Below, piece by piece: positions 12,001 through 17,549 of a DNA stretch of 23,009 nt (position 1 is the first letter of the stretch; the number at the start of each line of letters is the position of its first letter). Source of the DNA: a virus (taxonomy: Duplodnaviria > Heunggongvirae > Uroviricota > Caudoviricetes); the IMG/VR virus record IMGVR_UViG_3300024333_000003, one strand, 5' to 3'. The notes below the pieces were generated by a model, which made no database searches, had not been told where the DNA came from, and saw only the letters and a program-made list of their open reading frames with translations. The position numbers were made by a program, and so were the translations under genes.

Positions 12001-13639
12001 AACCACTTCCTTTTATCTCTGCTATTCCCTTGCCGAATTTGATATATGAATTTGCATTGTTTACAAGGAAGAGTCCTGCTGCGCTTAACTCCGAAAACGA
12101 CGACGAATATTCCAGACGTACTGTTGAGAGATAATATTCATACACAACTGTGCCTGATATAGTAACAGTAATTATACCATTAGTGGTAGTGGTGAAAGTT
12201 TTTTGCCACGTACTATTTGTATATGGAGGAACGGTTACAGTATAATCGGTATAACTTCCGCTATGTGCAATGCGAATAGTAATATCTGAAGGAGCATTAG
12301 CGCAATTATGTTCTATTCTTAAAGTATAAGTTTTATTTGCAACTCCGGCCCCTAAACTTTTATAAGTTGATTTTCCAGACCCCGCTGTTGCTTTAATATA
12401 GTTAGTTATCCAAGAGAAGCCATTTGTCACATCCCAACCTTCTGCGCTGGAAGCAAAGGTAGCGTTTTCTACAACTGTCGTATCAATAGAACGCCAATCA
12501 GTATCACCAGTAATATATGTTATGGGGGCGCTATAGTCATCATTAATATATAGTCCAGAGCTATTAATAAATACTTTTGCGTTATCATACGATGTGCCGC
12601 CAAATCCACCAACAGTTGCCCAAATACCATTTACATCACTAGATAGATAACCCATTCTAGCATATTCGGTGACACCGTTACCAACACCTATGTATGGAGT
12701 ATTTGTACCAACCACCTCTATCTTGCTTCCTGAAACTTCGCGTACTAGGCTGGTTTCGGTAATTGCCCATCCGCCGATCTTTGCATAGATATCTGTCAAT
12801 GTTCCAACAGTTTGACCATCATTATATAACGCTACCACTGTCTGACCGAGTTCATCAATTCCTCGGATACTTGCAGTATCGATTATGAAACCAGAAGCAC
12901 CACCATCAGAGATGCTAATCCCTTTTTCGACCCGAATACGTCCGGCATCGATTTCGTCGGCCGCTAAACGACTTGTAATTTTTATTTTGAGATTAGAATT
13001 ACCAACATGTGCACCAATGATCTTTACTTTATAAGCAGCACTTATCAATGATGTTGTAAGATCATATATAATAGTTTCACCAACAGCAAGATTACATGGA
13101 TCGGCCGGTGTGGCATTCCAGTCAGTTAAGTTGTATGCGGTGTCAAAATCCGGCGTTGTAATAATTGGATTTTTATGTTGTTGTATTAATGTTATTTCAA
13201 GCCCAGATACAGTTGCAGTACCCACATTTGATATGGATACTCGTGTGGCATTTATAGCAACAGCATACTCTACTAATACAGTTGAATCATCAATAATAGT
13301 AATAGTTTCACGTAACAATCCTTGTATATCGGCTGGTTGTATAGGATCAAGCATATCATCCCCCATTATGTCGATCCATTCCCAATCGCCATTTGGTGTC
13401 ATCGCTTGAATCATTCCGCTACCAATAAATTTTATATGATACCGTCCGGATGGAATTTCACTTTCGTCTTTCGTTATACTCCAGTAACCATCTTCATCTG
13501 TTGTGGTATAACCAATGATTTCTTGTGTATCTGCTCGTAGTAATTGAATATAGACACCAATTACTGGATTTCCGTTGGTATGGAATTTTTTGCCTTCAAT
13601 TGTTATTCGATGATTTTCTATTTTGTAAGATGTTGCCAT
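1..13639 (-). CDS. Giant tail fibre / adhesin-like virion protein, at least 4,546 aa, 3' end outside the window (partial)
   Basis: ATG at 13639-13637 (MATSYKIENHRITIEGKKFHTNGNPVIG...) is preceded by GAGG and lies 9 nt after the stop of the upstream gene. By-eye reading of the frame (plus-strand triplets starting at 2, 5, 8...) found no tta/cta/tca triplet down to position 2, where it ends ...NGLAMTIDP. The ORF track lists no long minus ORF here, as expected for an ORF lacking a stop in the window. The protein is rich in Gly/Ser/Thr/Asn/aromatics, with fibre-like motifs (IGGW, ATFA, DHHALSNLTTGDDHTQY, GGGIILKGTTDKTILW), and lies directly downstream of baseplate genes. Confidence 0.92.
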   Translation of the reverse strand, partial: MATSYKIENHRITIEGKKFHTNGNPVIGVYIQLLRADTQEIIGYTTTDEDGYWSITKDESEIPSGRYHIKFIGSGMIQAMTPNGDWEWIDIMGDDMLDPIQPADIQGLLRETITIIDDSTVLVEYAVAINATRVSISNVGTATVSGLEITLIQQHKNPIITTPDFDTAYNLTDWNATPADPCNLAVGETIIYDLTTSLISAAYKVKIIGAHVGNSNLKIKITSRLAADEIDAGRIRVEKGISISDGGASGFIIDTASIRGIDELGQTVVALYNDGQTVGTLTDIYAKIGGWAITETSLVREVSGSKIEVVGTNTPYIGVGNGVTEYARMGYLSSDVNGIWATVGGFGGTSYDNAKVFINSSGLYINDDYSAPITYITGDTDWRSIDTTVVENATFASSAEGWDVTNGFSWITNYIKATAGSGKSTYKSLGAGVANKTYTLRIEHNCANAPSDITIRIAHSGSYTDYTVTVPPYTNSTWQKTFTTTTNGIITVTISGTVVYEYYLSTVRLEYSSSFSELSAAGLFLVNNANSYIKFGKGIAEIKGSGFEVEDLTIYGNFNQYGTWHQYGSVVISAPIQVLNYNAALPSYGGIEVDNTSGDNQLLTYSSGDSAWIVAKRTGTGAGGQTGITKNGVILHGGASFNYETDATYDIGSINTGRPRDVHIGRDIYIAGNIYLTGDIDEVDISVLKVADKQISMAVSTNPTDALADGGGIILKGTTDKTILWDLSNTNWTSTEHWNLASGKTYKINNVSVVEGANPVLSSSSPTFVALTLGTSVKLPTLFTTTKHYTGFPNRADTALSFNNTNRRMTITGTNFKVYLNGSEYTLNTSYVTITDSTNFYWIYYSLVDNVPTLTASSSYPGFDQCLVAGVYWNSTTGVGILSDERHWMGRDQWTHEYLHETVGTRYASGLAGTFGNSSITIAAGEIYDEDIEHEITQQTSCMVLYHDGSSAYKSIAGSAVPYYEVSSNIQYNNSTTLTAVPANNYVAYWVFASNNTSYPIMVLMGQRVDANIANARANNVPENLIYDTLPVAEMKLLYRIIYRNTGSPPTYIEAADYRAVTPLPTSNYIATDHHALSNLTTGDDHTQYLYLAGRGGQTISDALTLSSTLTLPNSNTLTGSSGLVEFSAGASLTGNLYVKGGNLYTDTGVNLNIAPGGDIILDPTGNDILPASNYDLNLGSLSKKYLTLHAAELIVETLVAQDTLATIGGRVLVGPTTVLTSDLAASESATTIYTKHNNLVVGDIVYLEANAVIEFMKIESGPSGVGPYTYVVDRNIEEHAAHAWYAGDAIFNTGVTGDGFIDLYSLRSVKSAAQYGPTIVGNVRDNDVTYNAWTEHWAIGNLNGIYGYSSNVYGFAAGKYANSYSFVTVDSTNGVRLLYRSGGNDYTRISLATNGSGYLASSNIAWTSAGVITVGGWTINANTIENISSGTGVIMSVADSHPYVMAEYSSSEKARLGYLTTNTYGLWGTVGGFGGTSYATAKVLIDSYGLYINDINSIPITYMTGNTSWRSITSSGLDTTDFESSANGWSTSTGFARSTSKAHTGTYSFLGTGASERDWMCWTSKNLGAAVPGHSTSITLWYWPMEGTVGVYANYDDTEHELLNYDSGQGGLYDWSEFVATFTPQTDSDITITISGNNQVGLYIDDIEIKSTTPFSELNAKGLYVVNSESQYLKFGSGVAELKGFTAEIDSLTVYNSFISYGTWTNYGTVIIANPFQVVNNDAAIPNYAGFEIDSGTGGTNRLIYWDTTNTKWALGTRAHVAKGSQTAPTLGANFSIGTGSFTVGAIMSSGKLTVTTSTSPGIEIVKDNSVDNRYLRFTASNTDGKQVDIINSGTSTSSLIGFYNHSNSYWLSYWDITTGNFSNLGTIQGSVLITQNASNPYVYFNKTGSTARSAYIEITGDTFRLYYEGAAALSFDTSRNATFASTINSGAITSSGNITIDKVPINISYPTPGLTSQCGLHFEPTNDVSYYDYSQGITWGIPNPSYADKTHAGIYVQSSGTYGSKMYFATSNNWAVGAIAHMQINHYGEVSISKQGVFANAGYSSLSIFDTTEGSSANRLVDITNGVDMNFNIYITNAGKTFKYAELASYSTLPLILNATSGGSIILGGNLATDYNSKLQIYQNWFDTSSNPEGWGGGIKLVGDAPTLAFCETDQSNVGWMWHVSGDKMNLYRRAVGGSWQRPFYVHESMRAYFTSIVSTDDWFYVTTNKTGLYNEVQTTHWYCDGLNFWNISSGGSPTSGGIRMRTNHDSTIKGYLYWDSSGIGLLNDQSGWSVRCNQGSGYGGYLFGSWITIGDLRTSGVLLHQSNIRVLNKAESDWVTWATRNTSGSETVIDLSNIGSIEFVSGTPSLSKRFSGSQVFSYTEDSQIRKVLQFTNPDTGYKSGVLFGTVTLVFSGMETGNANPVFLVRRYTVRVRDWYAGGEYNMTAYIASDYEEGVSNSITLDVDTASSSTLVMKVKVYQNNGLFDSGSKLTVSYDFTSTAVHLGNFITPSFADGTTTTGNPSSQGAVVLASSIGSVVVGGNDPTINGYYTSRFTIVAGSQSTGLGVAYNSSTPAFALNPLSNSAWTLYDWYGSSWHAGITQRNGYIGVETATPFTSITLPSATDGKYVAWDYKSGASDSRRWWLGNDQYAYGDFAIRTESSQGLSAPDLVRLLIDKNGFVGIPVIGNGRLSVRGTGTSSSTYSFEASNSSGSTRFLVRDDGWSAFYGSDDALTLTLGADHVATFANAVISNGMYNSTTYTESWEAGSDPVWLKLFTFGGEYGYATVKGYISSTDNEQPFEIKVMTTYYTPDSYSPMLEIEHHSYNPRLLAVRLEGVNGGAKSVYVKLNPVTYGVNINWRLLNCFTVNPTINNSKTTPVGEYYVEHTSYGYSAHISNSSWMFKENIYLQPITNKYFVLNRPANTNYLGLSYRTNGAGEWFVGQRELSNSNLYIYNESGTNTVIFDKTTNAVTFANNITLTNGYITTNYDYYGLIVNITAAGSQTPFRIKRSDSVVWDVNLIETTNDLGFYSYGVGYALRLNKSTLGVGIGSTPLYITDSYFGYSGAYRVLQLGTCEATRAVAIGVNLTSYTSGQFQGNEIVIPNNICVIAPQSNTSAAFIGVLKRTDSYLYLGGDNYALANSITIDNSGNVVVPSNLTLSNGNVTIATGKGYMLGVGTNTYISRETSGGARFAVTVAGVEALRILESDDSATFAGNVIMANAKAIYSTTYSVSDPYTGYYLTQVGSVFGKLTVNEMHAKSFITDIEQALVGGQIICKSAAKLYQDFVCGTDTYLYVEEITGYTGQVFADGDYVRIKNISMGAFHLDITEAWLTVTYYDRDTTNKYQRYTYTKQSGTSTTYTKGTIALDYGVSGNGILERCALNEVGNRPYDRIATWTTAPQTDLITRSQIGDLSGVNTLTYGALASSTFGVYTRDLYAEGNANIVGTLAVGGGSTIGNTFYVGKIHTNLLTGVSDDCFYGRSGGGVGTDITGNVTAPDGSTVLYHKSDDATDLWYYLNLTGALSSGTYTTSVWVWTDTNGTVNSDIWGVFGTIYADTWTRLSVVRTSFTGYQSGMDWVLRHSGGATKKLAFWGLQVESGSITTVYQKTDGSNTGSGYGMWAIAGGFGGSIQNPTISLSSAGMRVLDAGTSTAIAAAGTYIGRYTVDGYQAVVINSSGISGYTGSGTTKNFYLPTSGTATISGFSFDANRMTLGSILQIGNYLSAGIGEANNSAGFGFWDNGSRPIFWLRGSSGVLMEMGVIGTITYLGFHDGSRWNLRLGSLKAFDSGSDVVGFELLNSSGTSIMRVDSGGTAHIANWGINQYAFYKNAGDSRTQSVALYQDAGGAALTIVNGAAYSTTSVARITVGRILTTAWGWSTKFGINAYDASGNELFFLTADATNTSHIAGWSFDPTVFAKDSLSDAVDEKYWQGTGVRLASKAGRFEDYAARDYTAGLTIGNHNGGSDTFKLFVGRVADVDPGGTWSGVSKWTATGNNVRYGIQFVQWNLGNLFEISCDKNDNSSSFRAHIAGWRFNNKALWHDHGQDYVYILSDATQFSGAYTKPSIIMRGGSSGPFICIGNVYRESSMRDEFGFTLAADYNTAPVFEMTTRQYQIAGWNFTDSALYKTSGDNYSTLYSIANSVASSLFMRNTSSKIGVNVGLLYYSSDWQNEFGFSLSPDYTSTPYVQFSKNLSTGVLTARIASWVIGSDALTYNDSNNVYLNLLANSTNPSMYVGKYINSQWMWAFVGRNYWGSTPDWKNGYGFCASWESEAYPVFAAAKTTGNVTMPWGTIGANNTYFYVGKGDGSVYIGYDTSNNVMRLVGSFTSTATITGGTISGGTISGGTLNVGGLYASSTGQGGDVSVTAENVTFLLNGSNTCLMVLYGGGDIISYSGTSQNANYCLYYIGIYAGPSFNKKGIGFGEGTGDPIDVWLYRDSAAVLKTAAAFQCGTVNGQTISSSASFTGTLAVASTINGQTISSSANFTGTITLPNTNVLTGNTNSLSISKGLHVGGTSDVADNNLLVDGNIYVGASDVYFEKYTATYNGLKIYTYNGLAMTIDP
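224..334. repeat. 63-nt-period direct repeat x2, encoding NGQTISSSA(S/N)FTGT
   Basis: An identical 17-nt core, gcagaacttgaaatagt, occurs at 240-256 and 303-319 with similar flanks. Confidence 0.9.
651..695. repeat. 15-nt tandem repeat x3 (gttccaccag[a/t]aatt), encoding ITGGTISGGTISGGT on the minus strand
   Basis: Directly visible: units at 651-665, 666-680 and 681-695 (one mismatch in the third). Confidence 0.95.
830..2595 (-). repeat. Six degenerate tandem ~87-123-aa repeats in the giant ORF, each starting with an I(A/S)(G/N/S)(W/F) motif
   Basis: ISGFSF (~2590), IANWGI (~2237), IAGWSF (~1972), IAGWRF (~1602), IAGWNF (~1345), IASWVI (~1082). Each is followed later by a (V/I/L)G(R/N/L/S) strand and a (F/Y/V)G(F/I) strand. 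Confidence 0.8.
8363..9397 (-). repeat. Internal protein-level duplication, copy 2 (giant ORF aa ~1415-1759)
   Basis: VGGW...ARLGYL...GLWGTVGGFGGTSYATAKVLIDSYGLYIND..SIPITYMTGNTSWRSI...[insert]...FSELNAKGLYVVNSESQYLKFGSGVAELKG...YGTWTNYGTVIIANPFQVVN..AAIPNYAGFEID aligns by eye with copy 1. Confidence 0.9.
11789..12778 (-). repeat. Internal protein-level duplication, copy 1 (giant ORF aa ~288-617)
   Basis: IGGW...ARMGYL...GIWATVGGFGGTSYDNAKVFINSSGLYIND..SAPITYITGDTDWRSI...[insert]...FSELSAAGLFLVNNANSYIKFGKGIAEIKG...YGTWHQYGSVVISAPIQVLN..AALPSYGGIEVD aligns by eye with copy 2. Confidence 0.9.
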
Positions 13640-13644
13640 TTAAA

Positions 13645-13648
13645 CCTC
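13645..13648 (-). promoter_or_regulatory. Shine-Dalgarno-like GAGG for the giant ORF
   Basis: Minus strand reads TAA-GAGG-TTTAA-ATG. Confidence 0.7.
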
Positions 13649-16519
13649 TTAATTTAGTGCCGGTCGCCCAAATATCACTATAGTTCCTGTTACTCCTGAA
13701 TAATTATCTGGATCTGTTCCATCATCATAAAGATCCACAATTATGTTACGGTCTCCATAATCTTCTTTTATAACAACGTCGCTAGTTTGTACGAAACCTA
13801 CGTCGCTCCCGGTAATCAGCAGTGAATCTGCCAGCGCTTTACCAGTTACTCCTTCTTGATACCAACGCATACGACATTTGCGTCCAACAAGAACATCACA
13901 ATCAAAATATGCTTTGGTTATTTCGTAATCAATTAATAACCCTTTCGCCACGTACACAGTTCGGCCGCGTTCTGTTGTACCAATACGGAATATACTATTT
14001 ACCGTAGGATCGGCGGTAGACCCGTTCATCGCACGTAACACCATAGTAGTGCCTTGATCATTTTGATCTAAAATATCCGCTACTATATATGTTCGTCCTG
14101 ACGTTTCATCCGAAAATACCTCGCCTATTATTTCTCTGGTCAATACCGTTCTAGATGTATTCGTGTCCCTTGTCCATGTGCCGGTTACATTATCTATATG
14201 AAAATATCCTGATTGCCCGCCCGTAGCGTAAATCACTAAATAGATAGTTTTTCCAACTGTCCCTGTCGGTATTGATGCAGAAATTGTTTTTGTCGTCTTC
14301 GCAGAGAAATTTGCTGGTATTGTGCCTTGATATAAATTTGTTGCCGCGCAAGGCGCAGCAGTGCCTGCAATAGATTGTCGCAACATTACTCCCAAAGTAT
14401 GTTGTGGCGTCGAGCCTTCATATGATACCTCAAAACTCATCTCAATCGAACTAACTCCTGACGGTATTACAAATTCCTGACATATTGCAGCCTGCATTGG
14501 ATCGGCAGTGCTATTTACACCCATTTTTACGTGACCGCCGGTAATACCACCCCAGTCTGCTGCGTTCACCCATGCTGTATTTCCATGACCGCTGGTCATA
14601 TCATATCCAAAGAAGTTTGTCCATCCAGCAATGTTGGAACCGAACGTACCGTTTACTACTGATACACTTTCAGATACTAATCCACTATAGGCAGGAGTAA
14701 CTACATCTTTAACTCTGACCACACTATAGTGTTCGCTCCCACCACCGTAACCAGTACCGCCATAAATCGTAGCATCTATGATACCCTGAAACGTTCGAAA
14801 GTTAATAGGTGTTTGCACTATAATACTATCATTAGGTGCAGCACCACCTCCGCCTGATACTACAGTAGTAGATAGTCCGGTCGATACTGCAACTTGTCCG
14901 CCTACTAATGGTCTAACAGTGATTCCATAAGTATATCTACCGGGGGTAGAAATTTCTACTTCAGTGTGATTAGTCACCACACGTTGATAATTTGGTGTAG
15001 TTAAATTTACACCACCTGTTGCCGATGTGTACAACACTTCATATGCGGTTGCTAGAGTCCAACCAGCTGAACTGGTGGTACCAGGATTTATAGCAACTTT
15101 AAAGCCTGCGTATGTAGGAGTGGCAGTAACAGATGCATTAGAATTATTCAATAATGCAATTTTTGTTATATATGGAATTGTGTAACTAACCACACCAGAA
15201 TTTTCATATTTTAAAGGCTCCTCTTCTTTAGTATAAGAACAGTTGGAGTTTAATTGTTGATACGCCGATTTCATAAACTGCGTACAACTTCTAACGGATA
15301 TGGAATATTTTTGTCCTAACGGTAAATCAACTGTCGCCTCCGGAAATACAACTAAATTACCATTAACATCTGTAATTGTATATTTTATCGACCATTCTCG
15401 AATCTGCTGTCGATCTTGTTGTCCAGTATCATATGGTATTGCAACAATCTCATAAAATTCTGCATCATCGTGTATCGTGACAGTACCAGCTAAATTTTCT
15501 GATGGGGTACTACCATCTAAATTACGTATCGTAATTGTATATGTATTAGTAGCGTATGAACTAACTGTTATTTCATAGTCTTTGTTCCATGTATGATGAT
15601 ATAAGTGCAATCCTACCAATGCATTTGCAGCCGAATAAGGAACTGTTGATATATATGATAACTGTGGAATAGTCAGTATACCACCACCGCCGCCGTCAGT
15701 TGCTGTGGCATTTACTATACCCCAAGCTAATTTTACTGTAACGTTAGTACTAGCCATTGCTTTCTTTGTATCTATTGGCAAAAATGCGTCCATAGTAGTG
15801 TCTATGTGCTCAATTATTTCTGCCGGTAAAACGTCCTTAATTACAAATAATTCTGGTTTGGTCGGAGCTGTACCTTCAGTCAATACCTCTGAGCCCCCAA
15901 CTTTTAAAGATGTGGTAACTGTAACAGGACCGCTTATTGTTTGTCTGTCAGTAAAATCTGTACGTACGACATAACCTGGTAACGGATCAGTTTTTAATAC
16001 GAATAAATTCTCATCCCTTCGGTCATCTATAGCCGTTACTACTACGCCGGAAACTGTAATATCTGCTATTAATAATCCAGATGTTACCGTATCCCAAGCG
16101 AAATCATATCCATCAATTTCTCTGGTTGGTGTTAAGTTTTCTCCCGCAGTATATTTAAAACCATTCATCACCGCAGTATATCCAGAATTATCTGGACTGC
16201 TATAAATGTATAACGTATGCACACCGTTGGTGCCGGGTAGAGCAAACGTTTGTGGCGACTCAACATCTAAGAACTCGAGATTCTCGGTCAAGGCCGTACC
16301 TGCGGCTATATTTATAAACCCAGGTGTTGTGTAAGATGCCTTTAACGTGGTATCAGCTGCAGCAACCGTACCATCTTGTGCACGTTCGGCTATAATACCA
16401 AAAGTCTCTATAAATGCTCCTAATGAATTGGCTATACCATTTTTTATATAAGTTTGTAAATCAGTAAATAATTGTTCTAAATTATGACGTGCACCATTTT
16501 TTGCTAATACTTTATTCAT
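13649..16519 (-). CDS. Putative baseplate-proximal tail fibre/adaptor protein (956 aa) with FN3/Ig-like domains and a CBM4/9-like domain
   Basis: Long ORF with a GAGGA RBS. The N-terminus (INIAAGTALTENLEFL) resembles baseplate-attachment domains. It has two FN3-like patterns (LPLGQKYSISVRS; AYEVLY...TPGRYTYGITVRP) and a jelly-roll-like segment VVNGTFGSNIAGW...AICQEFVIP...FHIDNV at about 14175-14660. It sits between the wedge genes and the giant fibre. Confidence 0.75.
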   Translation of the reverse strand: MNKVLAKNGARHNLEQLFTDLQTYIKNGIANSLGAFIETFGIIAERAQDGTVAAADTTLKASYTTPGFINIAAGTALTENLEFLDVESPQTFALPGTNGVHTLYIYSSPDNSGYTAVMNGFKYTAGENLTPTREIDGYDFAWDTVTSGLLIADITVSGVVVTAIDDRRDENLFVLKTDPLPGYVVRTDFTDRQTISGPVTVTTSLKVGGSEVLTEGTAPTKPELFVIKDVLPAEIIEHIDTTMDAFLPIDTKKAMASTNVTVKLAWGIVNATATDGGGGGILTIPQLSYISTVPYSAANALVGLHLYHHTWNKDYEITVSSYATNTYTITIRNLDGSTPSENLAGTVTIHDDAEFYEIVAIPYDTGQQDRQQIREWSIKYTITDVNGNLVVFPEATVDLPLGQKYSISVRSCTQFMKSAYQQLNSNCSYTKEEEPLKYENSGVVSYTIPYITKIALLNNSNASVTATPTYAGFKVAINPGTTSSAGWTLATAYEVLYTSATGGVNLTTPNYQRVVTNHTEVEISTPGRYTYGITVRPLVGGQVAVSTGLSTTVVSGGGGAAPNDSIIVQTPINFRTFQGIIDATIYGGTGYGGGSEHYSVVRVKDVVTPAYSGLVSESVSVVNGTFGSNIAGWTNFFGYDMTSGHGNTAWVNAADWGGITGGHVKMGVNSTADPMQAAICQEFVIPSGVSSIEMSFEVSYEGSTPQHTLGVMLRQSIAGTAAPCAATNLYQGTIPANFSAKTTKTISASIPTGTVGKTIYLVIYATGGQSGYFHIDNVTGTWTRDTNTSRTVLTREIIGEVFSDETSGRTYIVADILDQNDQGTTMVLRAMNGSTADPTVNSIFRIGTTERGRTVYVAKGLLIDYEITKAYFDCDVLVGRKCRMRWYQEGVTGKALADSLLITGSDVGFVQTSDVVIKEDYGDRNIIVDLYDDGTDPDNYSGVTGTIVIFGRPALN

Positions 16520-16520
16520 A

Positions 16521-17549
16521 TTATTCCTCGAATCCTAAATATATTTTATGGAAATGTATAGGTAACAATTTATCACGATAGTCCTCGTAAAATGTCACAT
16601 TATATGTTAAGTTTTCAATATTATTTTCTATTAGTAACGTGTTATATTGTGTTAACGCGTTAGTATACTGTCCTATTTTTGTTGGATTATTATAATAATC
16701 CCATACATTTATTCCGGAAACCAATAAATCAAATTGATCAAGTTCTGTACCTGAGGCGACAATGTTAAAACCAGAGGGTATTAAATATTGTTCATTACCA
16801 ACTGTAACTGTATATATGCCTTCGCTATATACGTATTCAACTGTACCACCTTCATACGCAAAAGGTAACCCCAGCGCTATAGATAAACCATCCTGTAATA
16901 TTTTAATCGTAGGCTTTTCTAACTGTTTATTCAATAACGCCCATATTAAAAATTTCAAATGTTTATACTTATTTTCTGAAGTATTTGTCTTATAAATATT
17001 ATATGAATTAAATTTTTCAATATCAATATTTACCATACGGGCCCAAGTTCCGAGCAAGACAGGATTAACTCTATATACTAATGGTACCGAAACAGTGAAT
17101 ACTTCTAAGTTTGTGTAACGTTCATCCCAAAACGGATCTCTTAGCCAATACAAAGTATTCATTCCAGATATTGAATAATCTACTCCTTCGATATAAACGT
17201 GATCTACTCCGCTAGCCAGATAACTATATCTTTGTTCCATCGTTGGAATAGTTAAAATCCAGTCATCCAGATAATACTTAAATATTACAGTAGGATCCTC
17301 CATTACATTAATTAAGTCTTCAATCCCTGAGCATACAAATGTATAAGTTAATGGACCTTCCTCTATAATTGGGGGCAAATATTCCAGTGATCTAGAATTT
17401 TGAACATCCATCATAAATGTGGACAAACGCTCTATACCGCTAGACAATGTTTCCCACTCAGCTTCTACATTGGTTTTGTCTACAACCTTTGACCAAGCAT
17501 CGCTTAAGTAATTCCATAAATCTTGAGCATTGCGATTTACTGTTATCAT
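16521..17549 (-). CDS. Probable baseplate wedge protein (P2 gpI / T4 gp7-like position), 342 aa
   Basis: Long ORF whose start overlaps the upstream stop (ATGA). It follows the baseplate J-like genes, and the segments LWNYLSDAW and PTIKILQDGLSIALGLPF resemble large-phage wedge proteins as I recall them. The product call is mainly positional. Confidence 0.55.
   Translation of the reverse strand: MITVNRNAQDLWNYLSDAWSKVVDKTNVEAEWETLSSGIERLSTFMMDVQNSRSLEYLPPIIEEGPLTYTFVCSGIEDLINVMEDPTVIFKYYLDDWILTIPTMEQRYSYLASGVDHVYIEGVDYSISGMNTLYWLRDPFWDERYTNLEVFTVSVPLVYRVNPVLLGTWARMVNIDIEKFNSYNIYKTNTSENKYKHLKFLIWALLNKQLEKPTIKILQDGLSIALGLPFAYEGGTVEYVYSEGIYTVTVGNEQYLIPSGFNIVASGTELDQFDLLVSGINVWDYYNNPTKIGQYTNALTQYNTLLIENNIENLTYNVTFYEDYRDKLLPIHFHKIYLGFEE
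16525..16529 (-). promoter_or_regulatory. Shine-Dalgarno-like GAGGA for the 956-aa ORF
   Basis: Minus strand reads GAGGA-ATAAT-ATG, embedded in the last codons of the upstream gene. Confidence 0.7.

Noticed and set aside
1-13639. Stop-codon recoding (alternative genetic code) as the reason the giant gene was not called
   Set aside because: No in-frame TAG, TGA or TAA was seen in the giant frame. The omission is explained by truncation at the window edge.
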